This document shows, one piece after another, positions 39,340 to 48,397 of a stretch of DNA of 64,000 bases. Where the stretch lies: assembly GCA_031267535.1 (NCBI GenBank), contig JAIRYS010000010.1, positions 124-64,123 on the forward strand, in the 5' to 3' direction. The translations under genes were made by a program, and so were the position numbers. The notes beneath the pieces are model-generated. The model did no database searches, was not told the DNA's origin, and saw only the letters and a list, made by a program, of their open reading frames with translations. How positions within the stretch are numbered: position 1 is the first letter of the stretch; every line of letters starts with the position of its first letter. Origin of the DNA: Holosporales bacterium. Lineage in GTDB: Bacteria > Pseudomonadota > Alphaproteobacteria > UBA3830 > JAIRWN01.

Positions 39340-42009
39340 CTACTTTTCCGCTAGTTTATTTTTAACCTCATACAAGGCGTCAAGCGCTTGTTTTGGGGAT
39401 AAATTATTTAAATCATACATTTCAAGCATTCCTATTATCTCAGAGTTATTGTACTGATCGTCTCTGTCTTGTGGTTCAGGCGCGTTGGTTGAAACTGAAA
39501 CCGATTTGTCTTGTTCTATCTGCGACAGGATGTCCCTTGCGCGCTTAATAACCTCCGATGGAATACCGGCCATTTCCGCAACATGAAGGCCGTATGACTT
39601 GCTTGCAACCCCATCTAAAATCTCATGATGAAAGATAATTTTGCCGTTCCAATCCTGTATCTTAGGCGTTTGACACTTCACTCCGCTTAGGTGCTGCGCT
39701 GCATTGACGAGCTCATGATAATGCGTTGCAAACAAAGCTCTGCTGCGATTTTTATTGTGTATTTGCTCAAGAATCGCCCAAGCTAAAGACAATCCGTCAA
39801 ACGTTGAAGTGCCGCGTCCCACCTCATCGAGAATTACAAATGAACGCGGTCCAGCCTGATGCAAAATAGCGGACGTTTCAATCATCTCTACCATAAAAGT
39901 AGATCGACCGCGAGCCAGCTCGTCGCTGGCGCCAATGCGGCTGAACAGCTTATCGACAACGCCTATGTGGGCTTGCTTGGCCGGAACAAACAAGCCAGAT
40001 TGAGCCATAATTATTATAAGCGCATTTTGTCTAAGGTAAGTGCTTTTACCGGACATATTGGGTCCAGTAAGCAGGCTGACCCTAGTTTTATCATCAAAAT
40101 AGCAATCGTTTGGCACGAACGTATTGCCGGATATATTATCTCGGCAAACAGCTTCCACAACCGGATGTCGACCTTGCTTGATGTACATGGATAAATCATC
40201 AGTTAATACAGGTCGGTTGTAGTCTTTTTTCTTGGCAACCAAGGCCGTCATGGACGACAGGTCCAAAACCGCCAGTGTATGAGCTAATTTCCTTAGATCT
40301 TCTGCGCGTTCAGCAGTTATCCTGATTATATCGTCAAATATTTTAAGCTCTAGGGCTACTGAAGCCTCATGCGATTGTTCTATTTTAAACTGAAGTGCAG
40401 CCAATTCAGCGGTCACATACCTAACCGCATTGGACAACGTCTGGCGGTGAGTAAACATATCTTCCGGCATATAATCTTGCTGAGTATAAGGAACCTCTAC
40501 ATACCAACCCCAGACATTGTTTTGACGGATTTTCAACGACGAAATTCCTGTCATGCGCGTGTATTTTTCTCTTAGATTCTCTATATGTTTGTGCGACTCG
40601 TCCTTCAGGGACCTAAGCTCATCCAGCTCGCTGTTATATCCTTGACGTATGAACCCGCCATCTTTGGTCAAGTAAGGGGGGACGTCGACAAGAGCCCGTT
40701 GAAGCGTCTCTTGAATATTTGAAATATCAGGGACAGACTCAATCAAATTGCCAACTTCTCCGGCGTCTTTCTCATAAACATTAACGGCTTCTGTTAGTTT
40801 TTTATAAAACCCATTAAAAGTTTCTAAAGCGCCCTTAATGTTACAAAGATCCTTTGGCGAAGCTCGCATGAACAGAACTCTGGATAAGGCCCGTTCTACG
40901 TCAGGGCATACTTTAAGGGATTCTCGTATATTGCCGGCAAGGCCAGGATTGCTTACAAAAAACTCAATCCCATCCAGACGACGATTCAGCTCTTGAACGT
41001 CGAAGATAGGGCTTGAAAGCCTGGATCTTAGAAGCCGCCCGCCTCCCGCATAGGCAGTTTCGTCAATACAATCCACAAGACTAGCCGACCCAGGCTGATT
41101 TGGGGTCAAAATTTCAAGATTTTTGCGTGTAGCCGCGTCAATCTGTACCATACGGTCAAGATGGGCTTTAAGCGGCGGGCTAAGCCGTGGAAATTGAGAA
41201 CGTTGGGTAATCGTAAGATATTCAATCAATGCTCCGCTGGCTGAAATTTCTGCTTCGCTAAACCGGCCAAAGCTGTCGAGCGTTTTAACGCCGAAGACTT
41301 TCTCTAATCTGGATCGCTCTGTAATCGGCGCAAACTTGGTGTCTGGCACAGGGGTAATGCGTATCCTAATCGTCGTCATAACTTCGCTCAGCCATGGATC
41401 ATCAGCGACGCTTTGTGGGCAAATGATTTCGCTGGGGACATATCTCGTAAGCTCGCTTAGCAAGTCGTCTTTTTTTACGGTCTCAACCAGAAACGTCCCT
41501 GTGGAAATATCGATAATTCCCAAACCAAAGGATTCAGCAATGTTTATTACCTTTGCGCCGGAGCTGCATGGCATAACCGAAATCAAAAAGTTGTTGACTT
41601 TGGCCTGCAGTAGCCCGTCTTCGGTAATTGTACCAGGAGTTGCAATTCTTACGACTCCGCGATTCATTACTGTTTTTGCTCCGCGTTTTTTTGCCTCTTG
41701 AGGCGTCTCTAGTTGATCGCAAATAGCCAGGCGAAACCCCATCTTTATAAGGCGCTGCATATAAGCGTCCAGATGTATCGCCGGAATACCGCACATTGGA
41801 ATATCCTGCCCTCGGTGTTTACCGCGGTGGGTTAAAACTATATCAAGGGCAGCTGATGCGACTTTGGCGTCTTCAAAAAACAACTCAAAAAAATCACCCA
41901 TACGGAACAACAACAAACAGTCGGCGTATTGCGATTTAACCTCGAAATACTGCTGCATCATCGGCGTATCGGTAGATGAATCTTGAAATAATAGTAAACC
42001 GTCGCTCAT
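39340..42009 (-). CDS. mutS: DNA mismatch repair protein MutS
   Basis: 889 aa with N-terminal TPMMQQYFEVK...LLFRMGDFFELF, Walker A GPNMSGKSTYLRQ, and STFMVEM / DEVGRGTST. Confidence 0.97.
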   Translation of the reverse strand: MSDGLLLFQDSSTDTPMMQQYFEVKSQYADCLLLFRMGDFFELFFEDAKVASAALDIVLTHRGKHRGQDIPMCGIPAIHLDAYMQRLIKMGFRLAICDQLETPQEAKKRGAKTVMNRGVVRIATPGTITEDGLLQAKVNNFLISVMPCSSGAKVINIAESFGLGIIDISTGTFLVETVKKDDLLSELTRYVPSEIICPQSVADDPWLSEVMTTIRIRITPVPDTKFAPITERSRLEKVFGVKTLDSFGRFSEAEISASGALIEYLTITQRSQFPRLSPPLKAHLDRMVQIDAATRKNLEILTPNQPGSASLVDCIDETAYAGGGRLLRSRLSSPIFDVQELNRRLDGIEFFVSNPGLAGNIRESLKVCPDVERALSRVLFMRASPKDLCNIKGALETFNGFYKKLTEAVNVYEKDAGEVGNLIESVPDISNIQETLQRALVDVPPYLTKDGGFIRQGYNSELDELRSLKDESHKHIENLREKYTRMTGISSLKIRQNNVWGWYVEVPYTQQDYMPEDMFTHRQTLSNAVRYVTAELAALQFKIEQSHEASVALELKIFDDIIRITAERAEDLRKLAHTLAVLDLSSMTALVAKKKDYNRPVLTDDLSMYIKQGRHPVVEAVCRDNISGNTFVPNDCYFDDKTRVSLLTGPNMSGKSTYLRQNALIIIMAQSGLFVPAKQAHIGVVDKLFSRIGASDELARGRSTFMVEMIETSAILHQAGPRSFVILDEVGRGTSTFDGLSLAWAILEQIHNKNRSRALFATHYHELVNAAQHLSGVKCQTPKIQDWNGKIIFHHEILDGVASKSYGLHVAEMAGIPSEVIKRARDILSQIEQDKSVSVSTNAPEPQDRDDQYNNSEIIGMLEMYDLNNLSPKQALDALYEVKNKLAEK

Positions 42010-42091
42010 TTCACAAAAATTACAAATTGATAACCGCCAATGCCGACGGTATGCTGGCTACCATTCTAGTATAATTTCCAAGGCACAGTAA

Positions 42092-42679
42092 ATGTCTAAG
42101 GTGTATTTCTATTACTCAGCGATGAATGCGGGTAAATCGACCAATCTTCTACAATCCGCATATAACTACGACGAGCGAGGGATGCAGTGCATACTTTTTA
42201 CCCCTGAGCTAGATGACAGATTTGGTAAAGGCGTGATTGCATCCAGAATCGGCCTTTCCTCTCCAGCCGTGCCTGTAAGCAAAAATTTCGACTTATTTGC
42301 TTATGCTCAAGAGCAGCAAGCTTCTTTACAAAATTTGGCTTGTGTACTGGTTGACGAGGCTCAGTTTCTTACGCGCGAGCAAGTGCGTCAATTGACTGAT
42401 ATCTCTGACGTGCTGGATATTCCTGTCTTAGCCTATGGTCTTAGGACAGATTTTTTAGGGCAACTGTTTGAAGGAAGCAAGTGGTTGCTGGCCTGGGCAG
42501 ATGAATTGCGCGAGCTTAAAGCAGTGTGTTTCTGTGGTAAGAAAGCGACCATGAACATGCGTCAGGACAAAAACGGCAAAGCGGTTATAGAAGGCAAACA
42601 AATCGATATAGGCGCAGAAGACAAGTATATAAGCCTGTGCCGCAAGCACTTTAAAGAAAAAGTAATTAGCAAGATTTGA
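42092..42679 (+). CDS. tdk: Thymidine kinase
   Basis: 195 aa with the P-loop [17 protein letters not shown], and a C-terminal CxxC...C zinc region (AVCFCGKKA...SLCRKH). Confidence 0.9.
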   Translation: MSKVYFYYSAMNAGKSTNLLQSAYNYDERGMQCILFTPELDDRFGKGVIASRIGLSSPAVPVSKNFDLFAYAQEQQASLQNLACVLVDEAQFLTREQVRQLTDISDVLDIPVLAYGLRTDFLGQLFEGSKWLLAWADELRELKAVCFCGKKATMNMRQDKNGKAVIEGKQIDIGAEDKYISLCRKHFKEKVISKI

Positions 42680-43504
42680 ATGCGAATACTGTTTTTTGGC
42701 GACATAGTTGGACGTAGCGGGCGCGAGGGGGTGAAACGAATTCTGCCTAAGCTGCAGAGTAAATTCTCACCCGACTTGGTAATCGCTAATGCAGATAATG
42801 CGGCTCATGGCTTTGGTATCAGCAAAAGCGTTGCCGAAGAGCTATTTGCCTTAGGTATCAATGTTTTAACTGGCGGCAATCACATCTGGGATCAAAAAGA
42901 CTCCATTGGTTATATCACACAAACTCAAAGGATTCTTCGCCCGCTCAATTATCCAAACGGTACTCCAGGAGCAGGATATATCATTGCGAGAGCACACAGC
43001 GGCGCCGGCCAGATTTTGGTTTTACATCTTCAAGGACAGTATGAGATGCCTCAAAAGCTGGACAGCCCGTTCAGTTGCGCTGAACAAGTTCTGGAAAAGT
43101 ATGCTTTAAAAAGAAATGTCGATGCAATTTTTGTGGATTTTCATGCAGAGATGACGTCAGAAAAGTCGTGTTTGGGAAATTTTTTAGACGGTAAAGTCTC
43201 AGCCGTTATAGGTACGCACACTCATGTTCCTTCCGCCGATCACAGAATCTTTCCCAACGGAACTGCATATATGACCGACGTGGGTATGTGCGGAAACTAC
43301 GATTCGATCCTTGGTATGGAAAAGCAGATCTCAATCAACCGTATGGCAAAGCAGTTCAGCCTTCCGTACAACCGCTTAGCCGTAGCGGACGGCGAAGCAA
43401 CTGTGTGTTGCGTAGTGATCGAAACAGACGATAAATCCGGACTGGCAACCTCTATCACTCCAATCCGATCTGGCAGGACATTAGTTTCCTTTAACGAAAT
43501 TTAA
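42680..43504 (+). CDS. YmdB-like metallophosphoesterase (TIGR00282 type)
   Basis: 274 aa. MRILFFGDIVGRSGRE..., NADNAAHGFGI, GGNHIWD and VDFHAEMTSEK match the YmdB family. Its start abuts the tdk stop. Confidence 0.8.
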   Translation: MRILFFGDIVGRSGREGVKRILPKLQSKFSPDLVIANADNAAHGFGISKSVAEELFALGINVLTGGNHIWDQKDSIGYITQTQRILRPLNYPNGTPGAGYIIARAHSGAGQILVLHLQGQYEMPQKLDSPFSCAEQVLEKYALKRNVDAIFVDFHAEMTSEKSCLGNFLDGKVSAVIGTHTHVPSADHRIFPNGTAYMTDVGMCGNYDSILGMEKQISINRMAKQFSLPYNRLAVADGEATVCCVVIETDDKSGLATSITPIRSGRTLVSFNEI

Positions 43505-43602
43505 CTAAGAAATTTGTGGCCGTGCCTCCTTAAAAATCCAAATTTAAGTACTGGCGTTGCGTTAACTTTACATTAATAAATGCTGTATAAGTTTTAGAGA
43601 GT

Positions 43603-45552
43603 GTGGCCGTAAGAGTGATTGTAGTGCCTAGGTTTGTCATTAATGTCTTAGTTTTGTTAATTTTTCCTCATTTTGCATCGGCAAATCAGCCAATTGAGAT
43701 GATAGTAGAAAACGAATTGATTGGTTTTTCCAATCTCATTTACAGCCATTTGATAGCTTTCTTTTTCCTTGCTGTAGCGCTGTGTGGAACTGTCTTTTCC
43801 TGGCTTATCTCGAAATTCATTATAAAAAAACGCCTGAATACACGAGTCAAGGCAAACGCTTGTCGAGCGCATATAGTTGAAGAATTTTTTATCGCTTGTA
43901 AGGACGCGGCAATTGCATTCTTGCCGGCATTGGCGCTGATTGCTGTGGTTTTTTTGATCGCGCACATATTCTGCACATACGCAGCCAGTTTGGTTATCAT
44001 GGCTGCAGCCCGCACATGCGCTATATTGCTTTTCAGCTGCCTGCTGGTTCACAGGATTTTTGCGCCAAATCATACAAACGCGCGTCTTATCAGACTTGAT
44101 GACAAAACTGCCAAAGTGGCAAGCACAACCGCAAATGTCTTTTTAGCTGTCGTTGCTACAGGTTGTTTATCTCAAGACCTAATTAGCCAAACTTGCTTAT
44201 GGTTTTTAGAAACTTTCAGCGTCATATACGTCGTGTCAGTGTGCGCTTATATCGCCTTGGTAGCATACGGCTGTAACCGAAATATAGGCGATTGGCTTAA
44301 TCGAAAAATAAACGCAGATAAACCGGGCAAACAAAAAACTTTGCTTGATACCCTGTACTATGTAAACAGGCATTGGGGACACATTTTAGCGCTGGTGACG
44401 CTGACCGGCGGGATACCTTGGTGCTTCAGCAAAAGCACTTCGGCAGTATACTTCGTCGTCAATCTTTCGTTGACGCTTTTCTTATTACTCTCCTTACAAT
44501 ATTCGCTGACTTTGCTGATTTTACAAAAGAACAAAATGATCGAGAAATCTGTCCGTGGAGTCTTGGGCGCGAAGTTTTCCTCTTATTCCAAACAACTAGA
44601 ATTTGCTTTTATGGCGCTGTTTTGGTCTGCGTCAACGTTGCTTACCTCAAACTTGTGTGAAATAGACTTAGTTTCGTTTGCATCAAGTTACTACGCTTGC
44701 AAAGCTATTGGTATGGTTGCGGCAAACTTCATTGTGGTTGCTGCCATTTACCTGGTGTACATGGGGCTTGAGCTAGTTTTGGATTACAAAATTCGAATAA
44801 AACACGGTCGTAAATCGGACTTGCACAGCAAGACCATTATGCCTCTGTTTAAAAGCACGATGCGTATAGTCGTGTCTATCTTAGGCGCGCTTGTTATACT
44901 GTCGAACTTTGGGGTAAATATCGCGCCGCTTATCGCCGGATTTGGCGTATTTGGCTTGGCAGTAAGCTTGGCCGCCCAAGACATCATCAAGTCGTTCATT
45001 CAAGGGCTAGTTATCTTAGCTGAGGATAATTTTCTTCTCGGCGATCTTGTTAGAATTAACGATTTTGAAGGGTTTGTAGAAAATCTAACAATTAGAACCA
45101 TTCATCTAAGGGAAAAAACCGGCAAACTAAACATCGTTCCTTATAACACTATCGTCGCTTACTGCAATCTGTCACGAGACTTTAAGCTTAATATATTCGA
45201 TTTACGGCTAGATATGGGCGCAAATATCGACAAAGTTGCCTCGATTTTAAACGAATGCAGCAAGCGTATATCCAAAGATCCCGGGCATAATTTAAAGATT
45301 ATAGAGCCAGCCCGTATCTTGGGCGTAAAGTCGATAGAGGGCAGAGATATAATTCTTCAGTGGGTCATAAAGACTTCTCCGGATCCGCTTGGATACATTG
45401 GCTTGAACATGAATAAGATGCTGAGAGCAAAATTGATCGAGGAAGGCATAAGCTTGCCCTCAGACGACCGCTTCTTACACTTTGACAAAGATAATCCGCT
45501 TTGTTTGCGTATGATGAATACAGACGCCGCAGGCGGAGGTAAAAAGAAGTGA
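43603..45552 (+). CDS. Mechanosensitive ion channel family protein (MscS/MscK-like, long N-terminal membrane domain)
   Basis: 649 aa with a GTG start and many TM helices. The MscS core is LIAGFGVFGLAVSLAAQDIIKSFIQGLVILAEDNFLLGDLVRINDFEGFVENLTIRTIHLRE. Confidence 0.85.
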   Translation: MAVRVIVVPRFVINVLVLLIFPHFASANQPIEMIVENELIGFSNLIYSHLIAFFFLAVALCGTVFSWLISKFIIKKRLNTRVKANACRAHIVEEFFIACKDAAIAFLPALALIAVVFLIAHIFCTYAASLVIMAAARTCAILLFSCLLVHRIFAPNHTNARLIRLDDKTAKVASTTANVFLAVVATGCLSQDLISQTCLWFLETFSVIYVVSVCAYIALVAYGCNRNIGDWLNRKINADKPGKQKTLLDTLYYVNRHWGHILALVTLTGGIPWCFSKSTSAVYFVVNLSLTLFLLLSLQYSLTLLILQKNKMIEKSVRGVLGAKFSSYSKQLEFAFMALFWSASTLLTSNLCEIDLVSFASSYYACKAIGMVAANFIVVAAIYLVYMGLELVLDYKIRIKHGRKSDLHSKTIMPLFKSTMRIVVSILGALVILSNFGVNIAPLIAGFGVFGLAVSLAAQDIIKSFIQGLVILAEDNFLLGDLVRINDFEGFVENLTIRTIHLREKTGKLNIVPYNTIVAYCNLSRDFKLNIFDLRLDMGANIDKVASILNECSKRISKDPGHNLKIIEPARILGVKSIEGRDIILQWVIKTSPDPLGYIGLNMNKMLRAKLIEEGISLPSDDRFLHFDKDNPLCLRMMNTDAAGGGKKK

Positions 45553-45575
45553 CAGATACGCTGCTTAACCCAACT

Positions 45576-45770
45576 TTATTCCTTCACTTGAAAAACTCTT
45601 GCAGAAAAAACATCTTCTCCTAATCTTACATTTGCCGAAATGCATATAGATTTTAGACTAGGACAGCCGTAAAAAGTCTCGTCTCCAACCTCTTTCACTC
45701 GTGAATTGGGCCTAAAAGTATACAGGTTTTCGCATCAAAGGCGCTCATTGAAATAGTGAACAAGATTTAG
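45576..45770 (-). pseudogene. Decayed 3' fragment of a BspA-type LRR paralog, inverted relative to the intact gene
   Basis: The reverse complement reads ...YFNERL*CENLYTFRPNSRVKEVGDETFYGCPSLKSICISANVRLGEDVFSARVFQVKE*. It parallels the intact gene's CFNE...VTFGPNSQVKEIGDETFYGCSAL...ICIPENVRLERDVFPAG. An in-frame TGA is present. There is no start codon and no ORF >=60 aa. Confidence 0.65.
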
Positions 45771-45889
45771 ATGGACATTAGTTAAGCCGATCTTCAGGCA
45801 GGTTTTGGCAATAGTTTTTAAAAAATTGACAAAAGTATAATATTATGTTAAATATGTAAATAGTTAACCAATTGTTAATAAAGAGAATT

Positions 45890-47011
45890 ATGAAAAACGT
45901 TATAATAATGACAGCGGCAGTAATTGCGTTGCTTACCACTGAAAATTGTACGCTAGCTTCATATGCCTATCGTGACGTAGGTGTAGCCAGTTACAACAGA
46001 ATAGGAGCAGCACGTGGCGCTAATGTCACAATCGGAAACGGTACCGCTCCGCTACCTTCAAGTCGGCATCCTTCGAGAAAGATAATTTGTTTAAACGGAG
46101 ACGTTATCGAAGTCCAAATGGTAGCAGGTCCACCACGTAGTACTAATACTATTACAGGTAGTCAAATACCTAGGATACTTAATAGCGAAGGTGGGCATAA
46201 ATGCGTAAAATTTGTATACATTTCGAAAAATGTATGGATGATTGGCGCACGGTGTTTTTCAGAATTTAACAGTCTAATTGCTGTAACATTTGAGCGTGTA
46301 TCGCAATTGACAAGGATCGAAGCACAGGCTTTTCGCAAGTGTCCTAGTCTGAAGTCTATATGTATTCCGGCAAATGTAGAGAGCCTCGGCTTCAGGTGTT
46401 TTAATGAATGCACAAGTCTAGGCGTCGTAACATTTGAGCCAGACTCACGAGTGAAAGAGATTGGAGACGAGACTTTTCACGGCTGTTCTGCTTTGGCACT
46501 TGTATGCATTCCGACAAATGTAAAGCGCCTCGGTAAAGGGTGTTTTATTGGTGCGTCAAGTCTGTGTGATGTAACATTTGGGCCCAACTCACAAGTGAAA
46601 GAGATTGGAGACGAGACTTTTTACGGCTGTTCTGCTTTGGCACTTGTATGCATTCCGACAAATGTAAAGCGCCTCGGCAGGTTGTGTTTTGCCGACTGTT
46701 CTAGCCTGAGATCTATATGTATTCCGGAAAATGTAGAGCGCCTCGGCAATAGGTGTTTTATTGGTGCGTCAAGTCTGTGTGATGTAACATTTGGACCCAA
46801 CTCACAAGTGGAAAAGATTGGATACGAGACTTTTCACGGCTGTTCTGCTTTGGCACTTGTATGCATTCCGACAAATGTAAAGCGCCTCGGCAGGTTGTGT
46901 TTTGCCGACTGTTCTAGCCTGAGATCTATATGTATTCCGGAAAATGTAAGATTAGAAAGAGATGTTTTTCCTGCAGGAATTACGGTTGAGCATTATCCTA
47001 CTGAACACTAA
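45890..47011 (+). CDS. Leucine-rich repeat protein, BspA-type (LRR_5-like), with signal peptide
   Basis: The ATG at 45890 has an AAGAG Shine-Dalgarno sequence. The leader is MKNVIIMTAAVIALLTTENCTLASYA. Repeated ~23-24-aa units follow, of the form IPxNVxxLGxxCFxxCSSLxxVTFxPxSxVxxIGxxxFxGC. Confidence 0.85.
   Translation: MKNVIIMTAAVIALLTTENCTLASYAYRDVGVASYNRIGAARGANVTIGNGTAPLPSSRHPSRKIICLNGDVIEVQMVAGPPRSTNTITGSQIPRILNSEGGHKCVKFVYISKNVWMIGARCFSEFNSLIAVTFERVSQLTRIEAQAFRKCPSLKSICIPANVESLGFRCFNECTSLGVVTFEPDSRVKEIGDETFHGCSALALVCIPTNVKRLGKGCFIGASSLCDVTFGPNSQVKEIGDETFYGCSALALVCIPTNVKRLGRLCFADCSSLRSICIPENVERLGNRCFIGASSLCDVTFGPNSQVEKIGYETFHGCSALALVCIPTNVKRLGRLCFADCSSLRSICIPENVRLERDVFPAGITVEHYPTEH
46550..46948 (+). 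repeat. Near-identical 213-bp (71-codon, three LRR units) tandem repeat inside the LRR gene
   Basis: Unit 1 starts at 46550 and unit 2 at 46763. The first ~186 nt of the units differ at about 6 positions by eye, and a run of more than 110 nt is identical. A third, more diverged copy of the GDETFHGCSALALVCIPTNVKRLG block starts near 46461. Confidence 0.85.
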
Positions 47012-47143
47012 ACCCAGGCAGCTTAGCGCCAATTTATAAACAGGATTGACGCTCAGCGCGCCTTGCCGGAGATCACGCCGTTATATCGCGCCAATACAAG
47101 CAAGGTTGATGGACTGGCTTTAAAGTGCTAGAAGTAATTCCCG

Positions 47144-47220
47144 CGGAGTGTAGCGCAGTCTGGTAGCGCATCGCGCTGGGGGTGCGGTGGTCGCGGGTTC
47201 AAATCCCGCCGCTCCGACCA
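47144..47220 (+). tRNA. tRNA-Pro (anticodon GGG)
   Basis: The sequence is CGGAGTGTAGCGCAGTCTGGTAGCGCATCGCGCTGGGGGTGCGGTGGTCGCGGGTTCAAATCCCGCCGCTCCGACCA. The anticodon loop is CTGGGGG, the acceptor stem pairs, and CCA is encoded. Confidence 0.88.
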
Positions 47221-47239
47221 TTTTTGTTGGTAGCATTGC

Positions 47240-48397
47240 GTGTTAGTTTGTTGTTTTATTTTACTGGCCATTACTTTGGTTTGCGCAGCGGTTTATGATT
47301 CTACAACACGCAGAATCCCAAACATACTGACATTAATGCTAGCCGGTCTTGCCCTAGCTTACAGATATTTGCAAGGCAATTGGGCAGGTTTAATTTCACC
47401 TGTCCTAGTAGCCGTTACCCTGATTATCATTTTTCTGCTGTTCAGATATCTCGACAGAAATTGGCTGCTTGGAGGAGGCGATATAAAAATGCTTGTTGCA
47501 AGCTCTGTTTGGTTGGAGCCCAGCAATATTCCCTTATTTTTGGTGATAACCGGGTCTTTGGGCGTTTTGCTTGCGCTTATTTACAAATCGAAAACCTTTC
47601 CCTTTGCTCCGGCAATAGGTGGAGGGTTGCTTTTAGCCTTGACTGCCGCTAGTTTCAGCGTTTGGGACCATGCTTCTTCGCTTGCTTGCGCAAAAAATGT
47701 TAACAACGCCACCATAAACCCTGCTAGTAAAAGAGACGCTATGAAAAAAGAGAACACATTTAAGTGCTTATACATAAAAGCAAAAAGCCAGCCGCCTAAA
47801 AAGATTATCATTGTTATGCATGGATATGGGGCGGATGCGGATAACATTGCACCGGTCGCTCAAGCGATGGCCGACGCCGTAAGCGATGCAGACGTATTTG
47901 TGCCGGACGGCTTTGATCCCTGTGAACAAAGCCCGACGGGCTATCAGTGGTTTGCTTTAAAAGACTGGGACGAATTAGAGGAACTGAAAGCCGGAATTAA
48001 TGAAGCGGCAAGAAAAATGAACGCGAAAATAGACGCTTTGCTTAAGGAATATAAGCTTGATGATTCTAAGCTTTATTTAGTTGGTTTTTCGCAAGGGGCC
48101 ATGATGGCTTTGCATATAGGGTTGCAGCGCAAAGTAGCGGGCATTGTCGGCTTTTCAGGGATGTTGGTGGACGAAAGTGCGATCAATGATGAAAAGGGCG
48201 CAAGAACTTCGATTCTGCTTTTGCATGACAGTCGAGATATGGTTGTACCGACCTCATTTTGCACTGCAGCGGAAAGACGTCTTAAAAAGGCCAATATTTC
48301 GGTAAAGACGATTATTTCGCAAGGCTTCGGGCATTCTATTCCTCAGACCGCTTTAAGAGCGGCTTGTGACTTTCTTAAAAACAACCGTCGATTATGA
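47240..48397 (+). CDS. Fusion protein: TadV/CpaA-type A24 prepilin peptidase domain + phospholipase/carboxylesterase (alpha/beta hydrolase) domain
   Basis: 385-aa single ORF with a GTG start. The N-terminal ~150 aa are polytopic and carry both A24 Asp motifs (VYDSTTRRIPN; GGGDIKML). The C-terminal ~210 aa carry IIVMHGYGADADN, the GFSQGA nucleophile elbow, HDSRDMVVP and GFGHSI. An in-frame internal ATG lies at 47741. Confidence 0.75.
   Translation: MLVCCFILLAITLVCAAVYDSTTRRIPNILTLMLAGLALAYRYLQGNWAGLISPVLVAVTLIIIFLLFRYLDRNWLLGGGDIKMLVASSVWLEPSNIPLFLVITGSLGVLLALIYKSKTFPFAPAIGGGLLLALTAASFSVWDHASSLACAKNVNNATINPASKRDAMKKENTFKCLYIKAKSQPPKKIIIVMHGYGADADNIAPVAQAMADAVSDADVFVPDGFDPCEQSPTGYQWFALKDWDELEELKAGINEAARKMNAKIDALLKEYKLDDSKLYLVGFSQGAMMALHIGLQRKVAGIVGFSGMLVDESAINDEKGARTSILLLHDSRDMVVPTSFCTAAERRLKKANISVKTIISQGFGHSIPQTALRAACDFLKNNRRL

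Noticed and set aside
46431-46975. A regularly spaced repeat pattern that could superficially suggest a CRISPR-like or other non-coding array.
   Set aside because: The repeats are 144-213 bp, lie in one continuous open reading frame and encode LRR units. There are no short repeat/spacer alternations and no cas genes.
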